From Andalucia godoyi And28 (taxonomy: Eukaryota > Protista > Jakobida): 64,000 bases of DNA. The DNA lies in the NCBI GenBank assembly GCA_009859145.1, contig VRVR01000060.1, positions 62,001-126,000 of the forward strand, in the 5' to 3' direction. This document shows positions 39,828 through 50,322 of this stretch, piece after piece (the first letter of the stretch is position 1; every line of letters begins with the position of its first letter). Both the position numbers and the translations under genes were made by a program. The notes beneath the pieces were generated by a model that saw only the letters and a program-made list of their open reading frames with translations, was not told the origin of the DNA and searched no databases.

Positions 39828-41819
39828 ATGGCCACTCGTACCGTGAGTGATCTGCTTGCGGATTATATCCGACGGATCATCCTTGCTCCTCCCAGCTCTT
39901 CGGAGCTGCAAGAATTGATTGCAGAGGCGTTCACGTTTGCAGATCGAGGCATTAATGTGTTGCAGAAAATTGAAGGTGGCGTGATGTTTACCGATCCAAA
40001 CGGAAAAGAAATTGAACGAAAAGACCTCAGTTCGATTATAATTGCGTCGATTGCTCGCGGTGATCCGGATCTTTTCCGGGCGTTGTTGAACGGTGCAGTG
40101 GTAAGCACTCGACAAAAGCAATGGCTCGCGGGTGTCATTCAGACTGTGTTTTCCGGAAAGACAGATCCGAAGGCCCAAGACGCGAAGAGGCGGTTTGAGA
40201 GTGATTTGCAGAACGTGCGTGTGGTTGAAGCCGTTCAACCGGATGCTGAATCGCGATTGAAGATGATTGTGGAGACCATTTTCACCAGCGAGAAAGTGCT
40301 GGTGCAGCTTCAGAACCTGCTCGAGGGAGAGAAGAAGATCGATTTGAACCAGTCCGTCAAGTTGGTGGGATTCAGTTGCCTGGAGGTCCATTTTCCGAGC
40401 CACTCACCGTTAACGGCTGCATGCAGCACCAAGTTCATCAGCTCCGAGGTCGTGGACCTTCTTATTTTGCATGGTGCACATCCGAGCATGCATGTGGGTG
40501 GAACCACTCCTCTCATGTTGGCAGTTGCTCGAATGGATGGAGAGGACGTGGTGCGGGCCTTGCTTGCATTTGGGGCGTCCGTCGACGACAAGGATGCTCA
40601 AGGAAAGACTGCGTACGACCATGCATTGACTCCGGTGATGACGTATTGGCTGGATCGTGCAAAATCGTTTGCGATACTCAGCGACGAGCAGAGGAAGAAA
40701 CTGCGGTTGCTCAAGCTGGAGCGTCTTCCCACCGTCTTGTTTGCCGCGATTGGCCAGACTGCTGCCCAATACCTTGTCTTTGAACGAGTCTTTGGGCACA
40801 TCGCCTCGGCAGGGCGCCAGCAACGCCCATTGACCATCTTGCTTCCCGGGCCTCCGGGCCATGGCAAGACCCAACTCGGCAAGGCTCTTGCTCGTGCCAT
40901 TTGCGCCGATCTGCAAGTCGGAGAAGAGGCATTTTGCCGTGTGGATTTGTCCATTCTCAATACAAAGGACTTCCTTGCGGGCGCCGGGGACCATTTTCGC
41001 GGCGGAGACATGGGCGCGAAGCTGATCAACCATCTCAAGAAGTTCAATGGGAAGCGAAATGTTGTGCTCCTGGACGAACTCGACAAGTTCAATCCTTACG
41101 ATTTGGACGTGTTCTATCCCACGTTTGACGAAGGGATCTTTGTGTCGCGCTCGAACGGCGGATCGGAAACATTCGATTGTAACGCCACTATATTTCTCAT
41201 TACGACAAACTGGGCTCAGAATACGATTGTGAAGTTTTGCAAGGAAGAAGATGCGAAGAAGCGACAGCTGTGGCATGATGTTCGTGATTCGAAAACTTGC
41301 AAGCTGCTGCAGTCTTCTCTTGATGCACCTGTGAGGAAGGAGCTGTTATCGCAGCTGCACCGGTACGAGCGAGACGCGTTGGTGAGTCGACTGCTCATGA
41401 CTGTGCCGTTTGTCTTCTTCACCGACGAGGAAGTCCGGCTCATTGCCATGTCGTTGCTGGAGAAGATGCGCAGAGACTATGCGAGACCTGCTGTGATGCC
41501 CACGGAAGACGCATCCGGTAACGTCTTCGGTGTTGATCCGTCAAAGGTGCGCATGGCGGGCGGTTGCTCCTTGGAGATTGCGGACAGCATCGTGGATTTT
41601 GTCGCCCAAGCATACGGTGCCTGTGATCGCATGGAGGGGGCGCGTTCCATGCTGACCCGTGTGTCCGAACTGGATGCCGCCGTCAATTTTGAGAGGCTTT
41701 TAGCAGATCCAGAGGAACCGAAAGCATTTTCGCTGGTCATGGAAACACTGTCAGAATCGAGTACCGCCAAGGTTCCCGTGGTTCACAGAGGGGTTGAACC
41801 GCCTTCGCCACACTGCTGA
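39828..41819 (+). CDS. Ankyrin repeats plus ClpB-D2/torsin-like AAA+ ATPase
   Basis: Ankyrin: TPLMLAV...VVRALLAFGASVDDKDAQGKTA. AAA+: IGQ, GPPGHGKT (Walker A), VVLLDELDK (Walker B), IFLITTN (sensor 1), LVSRL, GARS. Confidence 0.88.
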   Translation: MATRTVSDLLADYIRRIILAPPSSSELQELIAEAFTFADRGINVLQKIEGGVMFTDPNGKEIERKDLSSIIIASIARGDPDLFRALLNGAVVSTRQKQWLAGVIQTVFSGKTDPKAQDAKRRFESDLQNVRVVEAVQPDAESRLKMIVETIFTSEKVLVQLQNLLEGEKKIDLNQSVKLVGFSCLEVHFPSHSPLTAACSTKFISSEVVDLLILHGAHPSMHVGGTTPLMLAVARMDGEDVVRALLAFGASVDDKDAQGKTAYDHALTPVMTYWLDRAKSFAILSDEQRKKLRLLKLERLPTVLFAAIGQTAAQYLVFERVFGHIASAGRQQRPLTILLPGPPGHGKTQLGKALARAICADLQVGEEAFCRVDLSILNTKDFLAGAGDHFRGGDMGAKLINHLKKFNGKRNVVLLDELDKFNPYDLDVFYPTFDEGIFVSRSNGGSETFDCNATIFLITTNWAQNTIVKFCKEEDAKKRQLWHDVRDSKTCKLLQSSLDAPVRKELLSQLHRYERDALVSRLLMTVPFVFFTDEEVRLIAMSLLEKMRRDYARPAVMPTEDASGNVFGVDPSKVRMAGGCSLEIADSIVDFVAQAYGACDRMEGARSMLTRVSELDAAVNFERLLADPEEPKAFSLVMETLSESSTAKVPVVHRGVEPPSPHC

Positions 41820-41838
41820 TAGTTCGAACATAAAATCT

Positions 41839-43572
41839 TCACGCTTGTTTATTTTCTAGATTTTGACGAATCAAGGCAGCAGACTGGCGCAACTCTGCCG
41901 CTCTGGCACGCATTTCTTGAACAGTCAGTCTCTTTCCGCCTTGAAGTTCCGAACGATCGACATGCATGTCGTCTGGCGCCGGCGGGTAGATCGAAGAATC
42001 ATCAAGAGGCATCCACGGAAATCGAAGAGGAAACTCGGAAGGGGGTTGTGGATCAATGACCGTTTGCAAGGAACGAGTGGAACCGCTAAGCGGAAACTGT
42101 TCCGAGGAGGAAATGGTGACGGGGACTTCCATGCTTTGCACATTGGTCGTTGAGCTCAAGACAACGGCTGGTATTCGCTCTTCGCATCTGGTTCCATGTG
42201 CGTGTCGAGACGACTCGTCATCGCCTGCCTTGCGAGCAGGAACCGCCGTTTCTGCGGCACACCTCTGGCTGTGTCGAACGGTGACAGCTGGAACGGGCAT
42301 TCCAGTCGATGGAAGCTCTGGAACCGAGTCCAAAATGGAAGCCAACAAAAGGTGTTGATTTCTCCATTCGGACTTTCTCGAAGCAGATTCTTGTTCTTCT
42401 GAAGAAAAAGAACTAGAGTGGGATTCAGTGGGAGGAAGGGATGGAATTTCCGGAACGTCTCTCAACACTTCCAGCAGCGTCGGAAGCGGTTGATGAGCGA
42501 TTTGGGCGGCCATGTTCTTCTTACTACTGTCTCGAGAGACATTCTTACTTTCCATTTCCGCAAACTCGACAGCTTCTGCGATTTGCAAGAGGGTAGTCGG
42601 CAGGCAACAGAGATCTGGCTGTGATACTGGAGAGGAGCTCGATTCTTCAAGACAAGAAATGGAGGGAAGATCCTGGATGCGCTGAATCACAGTTGAATGC
42701 AGAAGAGCGTTCGAGGAAGACTCGGTCGATACACTGTCGTCCTCGATGACTGTTTGCGATTCACTCTTCACAACATTGGTAGGGCTGTCGTCTGTCGACT
42801 GGATTAATGTCGGAAACACAGGCAGTGCGTTGAGTAGCGCTTGCAATCCAATGTGGATTCGGTCATTTCCGACATCGGGCACGCGTTCGTGCTCTTCCAA
42901 TTCGACGACCATGATCGCACTCCCCTGCGTTTCTTCACCAAGTACAGGACTGGCCGGTGCTTGCAAGCGAGAAGAGGGATGTGACGAGGATTCTTCATTC
43001 GCAGACTTTCGCTCTCCGGAATCGTGAATACCTACCTCAGTCCCTGCGTTCTCGTTCTCGGTCTCCTCGTCTTGATCCAACGAGAGGATTTCGGGAAGTC
43101 CCACCAATCGCGTATCGATGGAGACAGTTTCCGGGGCAGGATTCCCCGCTACTGTGCCCGAGCATCTCGAAGGACTCGTTCTCGAAATCACCTGGCATTC
43201 CAATCGAGCATTCGAGGGAGCTCCGTGCTCCACGTCTTCCTCTTCCATCTGGGTACTGACGACGACTTCTGAAGTTGACGGTTCAACGTCATTGGTATAC
43301 TCGTCACCGTCCTTGTCTTCCCAAAAGGACGGCAGTTCTCCAATTGCGAGCAATTCAGAATTCAACCAAAGTATTGGGGCATCCACGGAATCTGCGGAAA
43401 TGGACACTTTTGGATCGGGCGAAGGATTCTCTGGCAATGAAACCACGTTGGGTGCAGAAAAGTTGGGATCTTCGCGTTCAAAATCAAACGGCTGCCCGTT
43501 GAGAATTTCCAAAGCATGATAGTCAAAAGACACCGGATGGGACCCGTTATCAGTCCGATAAAAGTTGCTCAT
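41839..43572 (-). CDS. Ser/Glu/Pro-rich, probably disordered protein with recurring LxxL(L)xxLPxxP motifs
   Basis: Open 577 codons from ATG 43572; LQALLNALPVFP, LLEVLRDVPEIP, LASILDSVPELP. Confidence 0.75.
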   Translation of the reverse strand: MSNFYRTDNGSHPVSFDYHALEILNGQPFDFEREDPNFSAPNVVSLPENPSPDPKVSISADSVDAPILWLNSELLAIGELPSFWEDKDGDEYTNDVEPSTSEVVVSTQMEEEDVEHGAPSNARLECQVISRTSPSRCSGTVAGNPAPETVSIDTRLVGLPEILSLDQDEETENENAGTEVGIHDSGERKSANEESSSHPSSRLQAPASPVLGEETQGSAIMVVELEEHERVPDVGNDRIHIGLQALLNALPVFPTLIQSTDDSPTNVVKSESQTVIEDDSVSTESSSNALLHSTVIQRIQDLPSISCLEESSSSPVSQPDLCCLPTTLLQIAEAVEFAEMESKNVSRDSSKKNMAAQIAHQPLPTLLEVLRDVPEIPSLPPTESHSSSFSSEEQESASRKSEWRNQHLLLASILDSVPELPSTGMPVPAVTVRHSQRCAAETAVPARKAGDDESSRHAHGTRCEERIPAVVLSSTTNVQSMEVPVTISSSEQFPLSGSTRSLQTVIDPQPPSEFPLRFPWMPLDDSSIYPPAPDDMHVDRSELQGGKRLTVQEMRARAAELRQSAALIRQNLENKQA

Positions 43573-43835
43573 CTCATTGTTCCAAAGTAGCTTGTAAAAA
43601 ACACGAAAAGGCAATTTCAGTTCAAACTCTCAGTTTCACGTTTTTTGAATTCTGTTGCAATTTGAGAAAATTGGATCAGAAGACACACGACCAAATCTCG
43701 TTGCCACTATCCTCACGTGAGGCTACCGAGCTAGCGAAGCGATTCTCGCAGAAGCTGTGAGAAAAGTGCGGATATTGGAAAGTTGGAATCAGAGGATTTC
43801 TGTGTTACACAGTTTGCTCAAGAACTGCGCGGCAA

Positions 43836-46049
43836 ATGAGTTTCATGACTTCTGGTATGAAATCCTCGGGGATTGGAGACAAGGAATTTTGCAGTTTCAA
43901 ATCGGAACTGCAGAATCTTGCTCGAAATCCCGAATCTCCGAATCATTTGGACAGTGTTTTCCAGTGCATTCAGCAAAACCCGAGCATTGCGAAACATGTT
44001 GACAAGGAAAACCATTCGGCCCTGTTCTATGCAATAACATCTCTTCGGGGGTCTACTCGAGGAAGGGTGCGAAAGCGTGTCTTGGAATGGTTGATTGATG
44101 CGGGTGCAGAGATCGATGGTCGTGCTGTGGAAGCTGCGTTATTGAGAGACCAGATCGATACGATTGAGTATCTAGCGTACCGTGCGACCGCTCCCGGAAT
44201 TATGGAAGAGGCTGTTAAGAATGTTGAACAAAAGAGGACTCAGAAACAGCAAGTGGACCGTGGGTTCTGGGGTCCTCGGGTGCAGACGAACAGTCCTTCT
44301 AGACAGCAACAGTCGTGCGAGGTCGGGAGTGTCTCGCCTGCGGCACCTGTTTCCACTCCCCACCGAAGTGGCAATGGTGGGCCTGCCGCTCCGTCTCCTC
44401 GAACACCCGCCAGCACTTATTTATCTTCACCGCACAGTTCAGGAGGAAGCAGCTCTCCATCATCGCCTGGGACACCTTCGATTGCAAACGAGGAGCAATC
44501 CAAGAACGTTCAGGATGCCATTAAGCGAGGACAGAAACTGAAAGAGTATGAGCGGTCGGTGGAATACCAGATGCATCAGCGCCTGCAACAGCAGCTGCTT
44601 GACCAGGTGCAGAATCATCTCGAAAAGAATCTTGCGGACGTACAGGAACTCAACAAGATCAACCATCAAAGTGGCAGAGCTGCCCGCGAGATTCGGAGGG
44701 CGGCAGAAGAGTTTGTAACCAATTTCCAAACGACCGCGAGCGAAGCCGCCGCTGCATTGAATGGTCTGGCCGAAGAAGCTGGCAGTGACCTGCGGCAACA
44801 ACTCTCTGCCGACTTGCAAGAGATGCAAGCCAACCTGCTTGACACGGGGGCGGATATTCAATTGCAAGTCGAGGAAAAGGGAAATGAAATGATCCAAAAG
44901 ATGGAAAGGCTGGTGCACGATTTCGAGCAACTGAAGACGAGATCCGCAGCGACGCACGAAGGATCCTCACAGGCAGTGCCGTTTGTTTCCTTGGAACGAT
45001 TGTGCTTTCCAGGAAAGAGTATCAAGGACATGGAAAGCGGTGTTTGGACAGCTCTGGGGAAAGGCGGAAGTGGCGTCGTGTATCTGGCGCCGTGGAACAG
45101 TCCCGTGGACGGCACGAGCTGCAAGATGCAAGATCGTTTTGTGGCAATCAAGAAGTGCGCTTCGGACAAGGAAGCCAAGGCCGAATTGTCGAAAGCACAT
45201 GCCGTGATTGGCGTGCCCTCGGCTGTCAAGGTTCAAGGAATTGTGGACTGTGCGCCGTATTCCATGCTTGTCATGGAATTGATGGGCTTGTTTTCCAAGC
45301 CGACGCTGGATGCAACGCCGCGCGGCCCTATTGTCACGAATCTTTTACAGCTCAGATGCGTTTGGGAAGCGTCGTTTGGCTTGGGCTTTCCTATTCCCTG
45401 GAAGTGGAGGCTCACTTGGCTTGTTGAGATTGCTGCTGCATTGCGTGAGTTTTCCACGCACAGAATCTGCCACCGGGATGTCAAGTCCGTCAACGTACTC
45501 GTGCGAGAATGTCCGTTTTCTCACAATAACGGGTGGGTTGCAGCGTGGATCGAGAGTGTAGAAAACGGAGTCCTTCCAGCGAATTCCGACCTCGATGCAT
45601 CCATTCCGCATGACTGTCCAATCGAAGCCAAGATTGCAGATTTTGAACTGATTTTGGATCAGAAGACGCAGTATCTAGCACCCGCTTTATGCTCCGTTGG
45701 CACCAGCGAGTACATGGCTCCGGAAACGTTCCTTGACACCGAGTCAACGGACCGCGCGGACGTGTATGCGTTTTCGATGATCATGTACGAGTTGCTTCAC
45801 GGTTTCTCTGATGCGCCGTGTCCATGGCATGATGTTGGTTCAAGTCGCGATGAAAAACATCGTCTCGTCAAAGAACTGGTTCTGAAAGGACTGCGGCCAC
45901 GAATTGTCGCAACGGCGTCTGCTGGCGATGCGATTTTCGAACCGTACAAGTCGTTGATGGAACAGTGTTGGAGCCAGATCCCCGCATTCCGACCAACGTT
46001 TGGCGATGTCCACAGAGAACTTCTGTCCCTGTGTTCGAAAGCCAGTTAA
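43836..46049 (+). CDS. Ankyrin-like N-terminus, Ser/Pro linker, coiled coil, protein kinase (737 aa)
   Basis: DKENHSALFYA...WLIDAGAEID; LGKGGSGVVY, VAIKK, HRDVKSVN, IADFE, GTSEYMAPE, ADVYAFSM. Confidence 0.9.
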   Translation: MSFMTSGMKSSGIGDKEFCSFKSELQNLARNPESPNHLDSVFQCIQQNPSIAKHVDKENHSALFYAITSLRGSTRGRVRKRVLEWLIDAGAEIDGRAVEAALLRDQIDTIEYLAYRATAPGIMEEAVKNVEQKRTQKQQVDRGFWGPRVQTNSPSRQQQSCEVGSVSPAAPVSTPHRSGNGGPAAPSPRTPASTYLSSPHSSGGSSSPSSPGTPSIANEEQSKNVQDAIKRGQKLKEYERSVEYQMHQRLQQQLLDQVQNHLEKNLADVQELNKINHQSGRAAREIRRAAEEFVTNFQTTASEAAAALNGLAEEAGSDLRQQLSADLQEMQANLLDTGADIQLQVEEKGNEMIQKMERLVHDFEQLKTRSAATHEGSSQAVPFVSLERLCFPGKSIKDMESGVWTALGKGGSGVVYLAPWNSPVDGTSCKMQDRFVAIKKCASDKEAKAELSKAHAVIGVPSAVKVQGIVDCAPYSMLVMELMGLFSKPTLDATPRGPIVTNLLQLRCVWEASFGLGFPIPWKWRLTWLVEIAAALREFSTHRICHRDVKSVNVLVRECPFSHNNGWVAAWIESVENGVLPANSDLDASIPHDCPIEAKIADFELILDQKTQYLAPALCSVGTSEYMAPETFLDTESTDRADVYAFSMIMYELLHGFSDAPCPWHDVGSSRDEKHRLVKELVLKGLRPRIVATASAGDAIFEPYKSLMEQCWSQIPAFRPTFGDVHRELLSLCSKAS

Positions 46050-46929
46050 TCATTGTCAGTTTGCAGCATCGGTTCTTGGATTCTTGCCTGACGATATTTT
46101 TAAGCGAGAAGTGTTTGGTCTCGGGCAGCTCCAGGAGTGCATCAGTGTACTGTATTTGGCTTGTCCTGAATCTGATGTGCTTACCGTTCTGCAACTTTTC
46201 CTCCCCTAGATGCTCAGTGTGTAAAGAAGCGTAAACGACCACATGTGCAATTCATGCACATGTTGATCAACCTCCGTTTATGAACTTTTTTTCTTCATTC
46301 TTCGTTGCGACTTATTAGAAACTGATCTTTGACGTATGTTCCTACAACACGCGTTGGGCAAATACACACATACAATCTCGGAAATTCCTGAGTATTGTCA
46401 TTTCGAAGCAACTGTGATACGAGGCGATGAGTGACGTCATTCATGTAACAAGATTCGTATGATGGGTGAGAAACGTTCAGTTGTCGATGAACATGCAGTT
46501 CCAGCAACTTCCAAGGGACCCAAATTTCTGTTTTAGTGTCTCTTCGCAAGAGCTCAAATCGGCTAAGTCAAGAATCAAGCATTCCTCAGAAAATGCACCA
46601 TATCTATCCTATTTTGCGGTGACGCATGAATCGAGTTAACCGCGTTTCTTAAGTTCCTGGCGTTGTCCCTTTTGGAAGACCTCTTTTTTCCCCTTCTCGC
46701 GATAAGACAGAGGACTTCTGTCCAGTCTCTCCGGAATGCCGAAAGGAGGAGAAATAGAATGTTTGTTTCCCTACTGTAAAACATGCAGCGCCCCAAACGA
46801 GGATGACTTGAGCAGATTTGAGCCTTTCGCTGGGTCTCGACCCTTTTTGCGGTTTTTTCCGCAATTCTTTGCGATTTTCCTTCCTCTTTTCTCCACTTAC
46901 TCTAAACTGCATTCTTCACCACTTTCGCA

Positions 46930-49900
46930 ATGAAAGAACAACGATTGTCTGATGTTCTCCTGGAACTGAAGAAGAAATGTTTGTTGCCAACTGTTGACAA
47001 TGTGAACGGCTTTCGGATTTGGAGGACTCAAACAAATCTATATGTGGCAAATAAGAACAACGAAATTTCGGTATATGCCAGTGGAGAACGTGAGAAGGAG
47101 CATGTATGCATTCAAACACTCGTTGGACACTCAGCAAACGTTTCTGGAGTTGTTTTTTCTCCAGATGGCAAGCGCATCGCATCGGGATCGTGGGACAAAA
47201 CGATAAATATTTGGCAAAATGGACAATGCATCCAGACGCTGAGTGGACATACAGCCTCTGTTTGGAGTGTTGCATTTTCTCCAGACGCCAAGCGCATTGC
47301 GTCAGCGTCGGGTGGTGACATGATGCAAATATCTCAAAATAGTCCGTACAATCAAGGATCTTTTGGATATTCGGGCAGTGTTGGCGGTGGTGCGCAGTCA
47401 TCAGACAATACGGTGAAAGTATGGGAAGCTGGTCAGTGCATCCAGACATTGAGTGGCCATAAGAAATGGGTTTATGGTGTTGCATTCTCTTCTGATGGAA
47501 AGCGCATCGCATCCACCTCGGCAGACAATACGGTGAAAGTGTGGGAAGCAGGTCAGTGCACCGAAACGCTGGGCGGATCTTCAGTTCAAGCCAATGAACG
47601 GTACGGACATGGGACTTATCCTCCAGGAAAACAACATATGGGTGATGTTTCGAGTGCTGTCGCGTTTTCGCCCGATGGAAAGCGTATTGCGTCGGCATCC
47701 GAAGACAATACTGTGAAAGTATGGCAGGGTGGAAAGTGCATAGAGACGCTGAGCGGACATTCAGGCAGCATTCGTAGTGTTGCATTCTCTCCCGATGGAA
47801 AGCGTATTGCGTCGGCATCCGAAGACAATACTGTGAAAGTATGGCAGGGTGGAAAGTGCATAGAGACGCTGAGCGGACATTCAGGCAGCATTCGTAGTGT
47901 TGCATTCTCTCCCGATGGCAAACGTATTGCGTCTGCATCGCATGACAATACTGTGAAAGTGTGGCAAGATGGTCAGTGTATCGAAACGCTTCTTGGGCAT
48001 TCAGGTGGAGTGAATTGTGTTGCATTCTCACCGAGCGGCAAGCGCATTGCATCCGCGTCATCCGACAAGACGGTGAAAGTGTGGGAGTCGCCATTAGACC
48101 TGCTGTATACTGTTGCAATTCCAACCTCTTGGTCTCTTCATGTACTGGGCTTTTCATCTGAACTTGATTGTTTCGCTTCTACGCACAACGATGGGATGCT
48201 CAAAATTTGGAAGAAAGACCAGCTAGTTCACACTGTTCTTTTGCCAAATGTCAGTTGGATGGCATTCCACAGTCCATCCATTCTTTTGGGTGAGCAGGAT
48301 GACGGAAAAGCATTCATTGTCGAGGATGGCCATCTGATTTGGAATGATGTCGTCCGTGACCTATTGTTCACCGAGTGCTCGTTATTCAAGATCTCAGTAC
48401 CAAAACAGTCGAATAATAACTTCTTGTTTGGCGAGGGTGCGAACTCTGTGCGACTGGCAATGGAACAGGGCAAATGCATGATTTCCGTAGAAAAATCACG
48501 AATAGAAAAATTGCAAAGTTCTGTTGAAGCAAGGCTTACAGACGCACAGACACTATCGGCATCCTTTCACGCTTACGTTTCCACACTCGAATGTGCTCTC
48601 GATCGCCTTCGCTTTGAGTTTGACTTCTCCGTGAAAAAGTTGGATTCTCGTGATCTATCCGAAATTGTCGAAACGTCGCTGACGCGCCTTCAGACAATGC
48701 AGGAATCCAGTTCGGAGGAATTGAAGAAACTCGCCCCTTTGCAAACTGCTGAAAACGTGTACTCAAGGGGGTCGATTGCAGTCGGCGACATGCTTGCGCA
48801 CGGCGGCCAAGGATTGGTACACAAGTGTCGTCTAGACGAACACGAAGTGGTTCTCAAGGAACCAGTGCTCCGGCAATTGGTCAAAACAGATGGAACGACG
48901 GTTGCTGTATCCGACTCTTATCGTTTCTCGGTAGTTAATGCGCTGCGAAATGAATACGATGCGCTGCGTGCCATCTCGAGTCCGAATGTGGTGCGTCCGA
49001 TCGGGCTCGTGGTCCAGCCGGGTACGAACGACGTCGCTGGCGTATTGCTGCAACTGTGTCCGTTGGGCGATCTTTCGACGTTTAGCAAGCGTCTGTTTGA
49101 AAAGAGCAAATTGTCAGATAGCATGCTGTTTCGCATTGCGCTGCAAGTGGCGCTTGGACTGTCTGCGGTGCGCTCGGCAGGATTTGTGCATCGCGACGTC
49201 AAAGCGTGTAATTTTCTCGTATGTCGGGATGAGCACGGCAAAGAGATCGTGAAGGTTGGCGATCTCGGAACTGCGGATTTTTCGGAGTACAATCAGAAGC
49301 ACACGATGCCGATCGGCGTGACGGGCGAGTTTCGACCGACGTCTCGGTATGCGTCACCGGAATTCGTGGGCGGCAAGGTACTTCGAGCAAAGTACCAGCA
49401 GTCGGTGTCACATGATTTGTGGGGGTACGGCCACGTCTTGTATGAATGTGCGACCGGGAAGATTCCTTTCTACGAAGAAGAAGAGGACCGTGACGCTGAG
49501 GACCGAGTCCGCGACGGAGACAACCCAACATGGCCTTCAGACCTGCCTGTGCCGGAATGGTTGAAGTCCTTGTGTGAAAAGTGCTGGACAACGTCTCCAG
49601 AAGAGCGTCTCGCAGCGTTTCCGCAGGAATTCCAGACGATTGTGCTGGATCTGTGTCGCATGAACCCGGAGGAAGCGAAATCGCTGCTCGTGGACCTTGC
49701 GCGATTCGAACGCGCGGAGATGCGGAATGTGTATGTAACTGCGAGCAATTGGGCAGAAACTGCCACCCTTGGATCAACAACAAATCATTCTCCAATTGCA
49801 GAACAAGAAGGGGAAAAGGAAGGTCTCATCTCTGGTCAAGAAGAAACCACGGTTGTGTTGCCTGCGGCAGAACAGATAGAAGCTTCTCATGATATGATCA

Positions 49901-49992
49901 ATATCGTACGCGCAAACATTGCGAACAGGAAACGAAGGATGAAGCGACTCCCTGCATCTTTTGATGCGAAAAAGAAGGTCGTGGAAGAATGA
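46930..49992 (+). CDS. WD40 - coiled coil - kinase, copy K4 (1020 aa), with 30-aa and 20-aa insertions in repeats 2 and 4
   Basis: Same architecture as K1; linker more diverged than K1/K3/K5, kinase domain close to them. Confidence 0.95.
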   Translation: MKEQRLSDVLLELKKKCLLPTVDNVNGFRIWRTQTNLYVANKNNEISVYASGEREKEHVCIQTLVGHSANVSGVVFSPDGKRIASGSWDKTINIWQNGQCIQTLSGHTASVWSVAFSPDAKRIASASGGDMMQISQNSPYNQGSFGYSGSVGGGAQSSDNTVKVWEAGQCIQTLSGHKKWVYGVAFSSDGKRIASTSADNTVKVWEAGQCTETLGGSSVQANERYGHGTYPPGKQHMGDVSSAVAFSPDGKRIASASEDNTVKVWQGGKCIETLSGHSGSIRSVAFSPDGKRIASASEDNTVKVWQGGKCIETLSGHSGSIRSVAFSPDGKRIASASHDNTVKVWQDGQCIETLLGHSGGVNCVAFSPSGKRIASASSDKTVKVWESPLDLLYTVAIPTSWSLHVLGFSSELDCFASTHNDGMLKIWKKDQLVHTVLLPNVSWMAFHSPSILLGEQDDGKAFIVEDGHLIWNDVVRDLLFTECSLFKISVPKQSNNNFLFGEGANSVRLAMEQGKCMISVEKSRIEKLQSSVEARLTDAQTLSASFHAYVSTLECALDRLRFEFDFSVKKLDSRDLSEIVETSLTRLQTMQESSSEELKKLAPLQTAENVYSRGSIAVGDMLAHGGQGLVHKCRLDEHEVVLKEPVLRQLVKTDGTTVAVSDSYRFSVVNALRNEYDALRAISSPNVVRPIGLVVQPGTNDVAGVLLQLCPLGDLSTFSKRLFEKSKLSDSMLFRIALQVALGLSAVRSAGFVHRDVKACNFLVCRDEHGKEIVKVGDLGTADFSEYNQKHTMPIGVTGEFRPTSRYASPEFVGGKVLRAKYQQSVSHDLWGYGHVLYECATGKIPFYEEEEDRDAEDRVRDGDNPTWPSDLPVPEWLKSLCEKCWTTSPEERLAAFPQEFQTIVLDLCRMNPEEAKSLLVDLARFERAEMRNVYVTASNWAETATLGSTTNHSPIAEQEGEKEGLISGQEETTVVLPAAEQIEASHDMINIVRANIANRKRRMKRLPASFDAKKKVVEE
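47104..48093 (+). repeat. WD40 coding tandem array of K4 (7 units plus two insertions)
   Basis: 990 bp = 7 x 120 + 150; a near-perfect 120-bp duplication lies around 47690-47930. Confidence 0.9.
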
Positions 49993-50145
49993 ATCAATAT
50001 GCTTTGTTCCTCTTTATTTCCTTGAAAGGAAATAGACTGGCAACGATATTATTTCTTTTCCCAGGAAGGTCTTCTGAAGAGAGAAGGACTTAGACATCCC
50101 CAGAAAGGATGAAATGGATGTTGGGTGCTAGATGGGAAGAAACAG

Positions 50146-50322
50146 TCACCGTGGATCTACTACGCGTTGCAGCGAACTTGTATTTTTGCCGATCTGTTTT
50201 CCCTTGACTTCCATGGAAGCACGAAATGAATCGATGCATGCTGTGCAATATTCAGCGAGCCCTTTCGCTGCTTTACCGACCTCATTTTCTTCCTTGGTCA
50301 TTTTAACATGTTGTTCCAGCAT
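50146..50322 (-). CDS. Possible G-protein gamma-subunit-like small protein or remnant
   Basis: MLEQHVKMTKEENEVGKAAKGLAEYCTACIDSF resembles the G-gamma pattern L..Q......VSxAxxxLxxYC....DP(L/F); no C-terminal CaaX. Confidence 0.35.
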   Translation of the reverse strand: MLEQHVKMTKEENEVGKAAKGLAEYCTACIDSFRASMEVKGKQIGKNTSSLQRVVDPR

